Assembly: GCF_021731985.1 (NCBI RefSeq)
Contig: NZ_JAKFWH010000062.1
Span: forward strand, 30,833-94,832
From: Nitrosomonas sp.
GTDB lineage: Bacteria > Pseudomonadota > Gammaproteobacteria > Burkholderiales > Nitrosomonadaceae
Reading direction: 5' to 3'
DNA: 64,000 nt
In this document: in pieces, positions 59,009 through 64,000 of the stretch
How positions within the stretch are numbered: position 1 is the stretch's first letter
How the letters are laid out: every line of letters begins with the position of its first letter
Made by a program: the position numbers and the translations under genes
The notes under the pieces: generated by a model
What the model saw: the letters and a program-made list of their open reading frames with translations, nothing else
Databases searched by the model: none
What the model was told of the DNA's origin: nothing

Positions 59009-59758
59009 CTAGTAGCGGGTGAGTAGTGGATCTGATTCCATCAATTTCTCGACACGCGCGAGATCCGCCGGGGTATCCACCGCCTGGGTATTATATTCGG
59101 TGTGCACCATTTTAACCTGGAAGCCATGCTCAAGCAGGCGCAACATGTCGACCGACTCCAATTGCTCAAGCGGCGTAGGTGTTAAGTTGGTGTATTGAAA
59201 CAGCGTGGCACGGCGAAATGGGATAATACATACTTGCTTATACGCAGCGGTATCGGCAAAGCCGGTTTTGGCCAATGTCGGGATCGGGCGGCGCGACATG
59301 TACAGGGCGTCGCCTTGCTGATTCATGACTACTTTGATGGTGTTGACGTCCAGATAATCGGCTTCGTGATCAATTTTGCGCACCAGATTGACACAACCCA
59401 ACTGCGGATCATGTTTAAACGGTGCCACTGCAGTATCAATCATGTTCGGGTGTGTCATCGGCTCATCGCCTTGCACCATGACGATTAAATCCGCATCCAG
59501 TTGGGTGACGGCTTCGGCTACGCGATCGCTGGCGCGTTCGTGCGTATCGGCGGTCATAATCACCTGCGCGCCAAAACCTTCCGCAATTTGCCGGATTTCT
59601 TCATCGCAGGTAGCAATGTAGGTAGCATCGAGCGACTTGCTCATGGCGACGCGCTTATAGATATGTTCAATCATCGGGCGGCCCAATATTTTTGCGATGG
59701 GTTTGCCGGGGAAACGTGATGAACCCATGCGGGCGGGTATTACAGCGATTGTTCTCAT
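59009..59758 (-). CDS. KdsB-family (CMP-ulosonate) cytidylyltransferase, divergent
   Basis: IPARMGSSRFPGKP, VQGDEP, LEQLE..LR, AVDTPAD; KQVCIIPF replaces the canonical KHIGxYAY. Confidence 0.85.
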   Translation of the reverse strand: MRTIAVIPARMGSSRFPGKPIAKILGRPMIEHIYKRVAMSKSLDATYIATCDEEIRQIAEGFGAQVIMTADTHERASDRVAEAVTQLDADLIVMVQGDEPMTHPNMIDTAVAPFKHDPQLGCVNLVRKIDHEADYLDVNTIKVVMNQQGDALYMSRRPIPTLAKTGFADTAAYKQVCIIPFRRATLFQYTNLTPTPLEQLESVDMLRLLEHGFQVKMVHTEYNTQAVDTPADLARVEKLMESDPLLTRY

Positions 59759-60034
59759 TGAATTGTCGTGTGGTTGATTAATATTTACGCGTATAAAAAG
59801 CTACACTCAGAAGCTACTTGCTGATTATCAGGTTTTTCTTGTTTCTTGGGCAATACTTATTGTTAAATTTAACGGTTTTCTTGCATGCTGTGATTTATCC
59901 CGAAGCGGATATGGCCACGTTGCTGGTAATTGAATAATTGCAAGAGTAGAATGAGCGCGCTTTACAGAGTCTTCTGTTTAAACTGGGAAAATAATAGAGA
60001 TGCTGCCTGTCCTGAATATTTCTGAAACCCTATC

Positions 60035-61306
60035 ATGGCTATGAAAGCCCTTTTCTTTCTTCGACATTATAACGATATTGATCATGTTACCCCGGTCATT
60101 TATAAGTGGATTGGATCGGGTCACCAATGTGATGTAGTACTGATTGGTTCAACACAATTCCGTCGTGATTTTCGCATTAAATATTTAAGCCAACTCGAAG
60201 GCGTGCGTGTCGCGCATATGAAGGAGCTGTTTCCGCTGGCTGAGTATTTAAAATGGCGCTTGCAAATGCTGATGTTGACGCGCAATGTCCGGCGCATAAA
60301 AATGATAGGCCGGCTGGCAGAGAAACTTGCCGATCGTTTTGATGAAAAACAGCGCGAACCGTTGTGGCGGCATACCGCTGAATTCCTGTTGAACAGATGT
60401 TTTGGTGATGCGGGCAAGGGGGTTGTGGCGTTTGACTGGATTGAGCGGAATTCGGTGATTTGTGTGGAATGGGTTGAAGTAGTGGTAGCGATGGCGAAAG
60501 AAAGAGGCCTCGGTACGGTTTCCTTGCCGCATGGTGATAGTCCGCATGCCAGTCAATTGATTCGCCGGGGTGAAAGACACTTGAAGCCCGATATTACATT
60601 TTCGGCAGCTAAGATATTTGATCGGGTGGTGGTGCCCAATGAGTTATGCTCCATCCGTTTCCGTCCGTTTCTGGAAGGCAATCAACTTGCCGTATTAGGC
60701 TCACCGCGATATTGCGAAGAGTGGCTAAAAATACTTGCGGGATTGATGCCGCCTTCGCCACTTGTCCGTTCGGATAGCCGCCTTAAAATTGTCCTGTTCC
60801 TCAGAAAATCCAACTTTACGACATTTTGGGAAGAAGTGGGTGAAGTGGTTCATATGATTGCTGAATTTCCCGGTGTGGAATTGATTATCAAACCGCATAC
60901 GCGGAGCGGCTGGAAACAATCACTGACCAAAGACAGTTCGATCAAGCAATTGCCTAATGTGCGTGTTGCGAGCGATGATGCGCATTCGGTGCATTTGATG
61001 AATTGGTCTGATGTGATTATCGATTTGGCTACTTCGGTGGTATTTGAAGCTGTCAGGGCAAAAAAGCCGGTATTGGCAGCGGATTATTTAATTGCAGCCC
61101 GCTCGGCTGTGGCTTATTTCATGCCGGAGACAGAGATGAGATGCCGCGATGATGTGTATGAGAAAATCAATTATTTTTTAACTAATGGTTGTGACTCTTT
61201 CTATATTGAAGAACACCGGCAGCGCTTTCTAAAGGAAATGCTGGATTTTCCGGATGCCGACGTACTGCCCCGTTATGTCGCGTTACTTGAACAATCAGCA
61301 AGTTGA
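60035..61306 (+). CDS. Hypothetical protein, possible GT-B-fold transferase
   Basis: LPHG, GSPRY, IIKPHTR, SDVIIDLATSVVFEA resemble CMP-sugar/CDP-polyol transferase C-domains. Confidence 0.5.
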   Translation: MAMKALFFLRHYNDIDHVTPVIYKWIGSGHQCDVVLIGSTQFRRDFRIKYLSQLEGVRVAHMKELFPLAEYLKWRLQMLMLTRNVRRIKMIGRLAEKLADRFDEKQREPLWRHTAEFLLNRCFGDAGKGVVAFDWIERNSVICVEWVEVVVAMAKERGLGTVSLPHGDSPHASQLIRRGERHLKPDITFSAAKIFDRVVVPNELCSIRFRPFLEGNQLAVLGSPRYCEEWLKILAGLMPPSPLVRSDSRLKIVLFLRKSNFTTFWEEVGEVVHMIAEFPGVELIIKPHTRSGWKQSLTKDSSIKQLPNVRVASDDAHSVHLMNWSDVIIDLATSVVFEAVRAKKPVLAADYLIAARSAVAYFMPETEMRCRDDVYEKINYFLTNGCDSFYIEEHRQRFLKEMLDFPDADVLPRYVALLEQSAS

Positions 61307-61361
61307 GCTGCTCTCTTCTCTGCCTTATAAGAATCAAGGCTTACCCCACTAACTTCGAAAA

Positions 61362-62138
61362 GTGATCATGATGCTGGCCAAAGATATATTAAACGAGTTG
61401 ATTGTGGCGGCATATAAACTTAAAGGCGGGTATGCAGATGTACAGGTTAGAGATCAACGTATTCTAATTTCAGTCGATCATTTGCGCACACTGAATCGTG
61501 CAAAAACATATTCGATCAAAGAGCCGGATACGCTGGATTGGCTGGATAGCTTTGAACCCAATTCCTGCTATTTTGATATTGGCGCCAATATCGGCCAATA
61601 TTCTTTATATCCGGCCAAAAAATATGGCGACAAAATTCAAGTTTATGCGTTTGAACCACAAAGTAATAATTACTACGCACTGAACAAAAATATTTTTTTT
61701 AATAACCTCAAAGAAAATATTTTATCGTATTGTGTTGCGGTTTCCGGGAAAAGTGAATTTTCCAAATTGTATATTCCTAAATTTATCCCGGGTGGGAATC
61801 GATCGCAATTTGGAAAAGAAGAAGACATTGAGAACTTGAAAATGTCTGCCACGCACATTCAAGGAATGTTTGGTGTGACGTTAGATGATTTATGCAGTAA
61901 GTGGGGATTCCCCTATCCGAATTATATCAAGATCGATGTCGATGGCATCGAGATTTCCATTCTTAAAGGCGCAGAGTCTGTATTGGCACACTCGGCGTTG
62001 CGGTCTGTCATTATCGAGTTAGGTACGGATGAGGAACAGACGAAAGCAATTGCTTTAATGAAACAGGCCGGTTTTGAAGTGAAACAGCGATCAACCCGGA
62101 ACTGGGGGGAAGCGTATCTGATCTTTGAACGGATCTAA
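61362..62138 (+). CDS. FkbM-family methyltransferase
   Basis: FDIGANIGQYS, AFEP, IKIDVDGIE. Confidence 0.9.
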   Translation: MIMMLAKDILNELIVAAYKLKGGYADVQVRDQRILISVDHLRTLNRAKTYSIKEPDTLDWLDSFEPNSCYFDIGANIGQYSLYPAKKYGDKIQVYAFEPQSNNYYALNKNIFFNNLKENILSYCVAVSGKSEFSKLYIPKFIPGGNRSQFGKEEDIENLKMSATHIQGMFGVTLDDLCSKWGFPYPNYIKIDVDGIEISILKGAESVLAHSALRSVIIELGTDEEQTKAIALMKQAGFEVKQRSTRNWGEAYLIFERI

Positions 62139-62213
62139 CCTGCCAGTGCTTATTTGCATCTCTTCATGTTTTTGACGTAATCGGATGGTTGCAAGAACGT
62201 TTACCTACAATTT

Positions 62214-63329
62214 ATGAATACACCCGTTGCGCCATCCGTTGATGTCATCATACCTGTCTATAATGCGCCAGAGTTGACAAAGCGGTGTATTGATTCTGTT
62301 GTCACTAATCTGAGTCGGTCAATTAGGACTATTTATGTTCAGGATGATGCATCAGACACAGAAACTTGTGCGATGCTCGATCACTTGTGCTACCAGCAAC
62401 TTCATGTTTATCACGCGCCAGAAAATCAGGGGTTTGGCAAATCTGTCAATGACGCGGTGGCACGTTCGGATGCCGATCTGGTGCTCGTGCTTAATTCGGA
62501 TACCGAAATTCACGAAAATTTCTTGTCGCTATTGTGCCAAGCTTTTGAAGCTGATCCGGAACTGGCGGTTATCAGTCCAGCGCATGACAATTTCTCCACG
62601 TCTAAACTGGATCGCTATCAACGGCAGTCGGGTGGTTATGTTGCTACGTATCGATTCCAGGGATATGCTTTTTTAATCCGGCGCACTCTATTTACCACAA
62701 TAGGTGGATTTGATGCGCAATTTGGCCGAGGTTATTTTGAGGATACAGACTTGGGACGCCGATTGATTCGGCACGGATGGCGTATGGGTGTGCATCCGGA
62801 TGCATGCATCCATCATGCTGGCGGCGCATCATTTGGACGTGGCCGATCGTATCGGTTATTGGCAAAGCGCAACCGTGCATTATATCTTTCGCGTTATCCT
62901 GAAGCACGCCGCAATATTCTGTTGGTTTCGGGCCCCTATACATTGGCTGATTTATCTGTGCAGCTAACAGATTCGATTGAGCAGGTATTGCGACAAGGTG
63001 GCGGCATTCATTGGCTGACACCCTCGCCATTGCCTCAGTTATCTTGTTTGCAGATGCGTAACAATCCAGCAAGTATCAAAATGGCAATCAAACTGATGCT
63101 GCGTGGCCGGTCTCGCGCGGATAGGCGCATATCTGCGGTGTGGATTTTGCCAGGTACACCCGTATTGTTGCGGATTCTATTGGCACTTTTTGTGCGTGTG
63201 CGCAAATTGGAAATGCGGAAATGGGAAACGGGGCAGTTTGAATCTGCCGAACGTTTGATAGACTCGCAGCAGAATTTTTCAGCGAAGCCCATTCTGAAGC
63301 AGGAGATTACTAAAGGAAGTTCTGATTAA
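62214..63329 (+). CDS. Glycosyltransferase family 2
   Basis: IIPVYN, DDAS, NQGFGKSVN, LNSD, FGRGYFEDTDL. Confidence 0.9.
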   Translation: MNTPVAPSVDVIIPVYNAPELTKRCIDSVVTNLSRSIRTIYVQDDASDTETCAMLDHLCYQQLHVYHAPENQGFGKSVNDAVARSDADLVLVLNSDTEIHENFLSLLCQAFEADPELAVISPAHDNFSTSKLDRYQRQSGGYVATYRFQGYAFLIRRTLFTTIGGFDAQFGRGYFEDTDLGRRLIRHGWRMGVHPDACIHHAGGASFGRGRSYRLLAKRNRALYLSRYPEARRNILLVSGPYTLADLSVQLTDSIEQVLRQGGGIHWLTPSPLPQLSCLQMRNNPASIKMAIKLMLRGRSRADRRISAVWILPGTPVLLRILLALFVRVRKLEMRKWETGQFESAERLIDSQQNFSAKPILKQEITKGSSD

Positions 63330-63418
63330 GTTGATTACATTCACGGTTCGACAAGCTCACCACGAACGTAATCAATATATTACCGTTCGTCCTGTCGAAG
63401 GACTTAATCAGAGCTTTC
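63315..63418. mobile_element. MITE-like element with internal CGTTC-type palindromic doublet
   Basis: TIRs GGAAGTTCTGATTAAGT / GAAAGCTCTGATTAAGT (15/17); internal TTCGACAAGCTCACCACGAACG ... CGTTCGTCCTGTCGAA. Confidence 0.7.
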
Positions 63419-63499
63419 TAAACAGAATCCAGAATAATTGCAATGTCCAAACTATTCAGATTTAAAACGGTTTATTGAAAACAGCCCTCTATTGGTTTT

Positions 63500-64000
63500 A
63501 TGCCAGCTAATATTACGCGTCAAGAATTGTTGATCAGGTTTGCGCTAGTTCTCCTCTGCCTGGGATTCTGGCGTAACGAGGTGAATTATGTTTCTTTCCC
63601 TTTGCTTGGAATCGTTTGGGTACTAGACGGCGGTTTGTATCGATTGAATCAGGTGATCAAAGAACCTTTTGTGCAAGCGATTCTTTTGTTATGCACGCTT
63701 TTGCTCTTAGGGTTGTTATGGAGCGAGCTGCTGGGAAACGGAAGAATGAAATGGCTAAAGTACTTTATCTTATTGATTTTTATTCCATTCTACTCGCTGT
63801 TAAATAGAGAGCGCTTACCCTGGGCGATAGGTGGGCTGGCGATAGGCTATTTGGGTGTTCTGTCTGTGGGGATCTATCAGTGGCTTGCCATGGGGGTTCA
63901 GGGTATTCCGCTCGTAGGCATGTCCTATCTAAGTTTTTCAGCCATGCTTGGGGTTGGTGCAATTGTAGCAGTTGGTTTTGCTGACATGAATCAGTCCAAG
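63500..64000 (+). CDS. O-antigen ligase/polymerase-like membrane protein (3' truncated by window)
   Basis: Frame open from ATG 63500 to the window end; multiple TM segments (LLLGLLWSE, KYFILLIFIPFY, SYLSFSAMLG); glycan-locus context. Confidence 0.6.
   Translation, partial: MPANITRQELLIRFALVLLCLGFWRNEVNYVSFPLLGIVWVLDGGLYRLNQVIKEPFVQAILLLCTLLLLGLLWSELLGNGRMKWLKYFILLIFIPFYSLLNRERLPWAIGGLAIGYLGVLSVGIYQWLAMGVQGIPLVGMSYLSFSAMLGVGAIVAVGFADMNQSK

Noticed and set aside
1-64000. tRNA, rRNA, integrase or prophage genes
   Set aside because: None recognised on manual reading; tRNAscan-SE and barrnap would be needed to exclude small RNAs formally.

Overview
Chromosomal window from a betaproteobacterium, most likely Nitrosomonas or a relative. 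This is inferred from protein style and gene complement; no amo/hao gene is in the window. In order it holds: the end of a flagellar operon (fliK-fliR); a 615-aa protein built of 39 uninterrupted 14-residue repeats; selenouridine genes (mnmH, fused selD) on either side of a sphingolipid cluster (acyl-AMP ligase, reductase, ACP, serine palmitoyltransferase); hopanoid genes (hpnH, hpnB, hpnM, hpnN, and a probable hpnO further on); purMN, AI-2E transporter and hda. An accessory region follows (about 31-42.6 kb) with a partial gene duplication around a toxin-antitoxin pair, REPs, an M23-peptidase/RTX/S-layer-like chimera, IS30, an HTH-ATPase-STAS gene with a 22-bp-phased upstream array, a secreted metzincin with a partner gene and a relic copy, and a dead vapC. 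Next come lysS, a diguanylate cyclase, PTS genes and metXW. A second accessory patch holds a cassette-like TA pair, a sulfotransferase and an Mrr-like nuclease. The window ends with a surface-glycan locus whose six-gene operon looks like a non-canonical CMP-ulosonic-acid pathway. Four MITE-like elements and several REPs were found by eye. No rRNA, tRNA or CRISPR array was seen. All family calls come from motif recognition, not database searches. The best candidates for undescribed systems are the ulosonate operon, the metzincin/partner pair, the M23-RTX-S-layer fusion and the 14-mer repeat protein.
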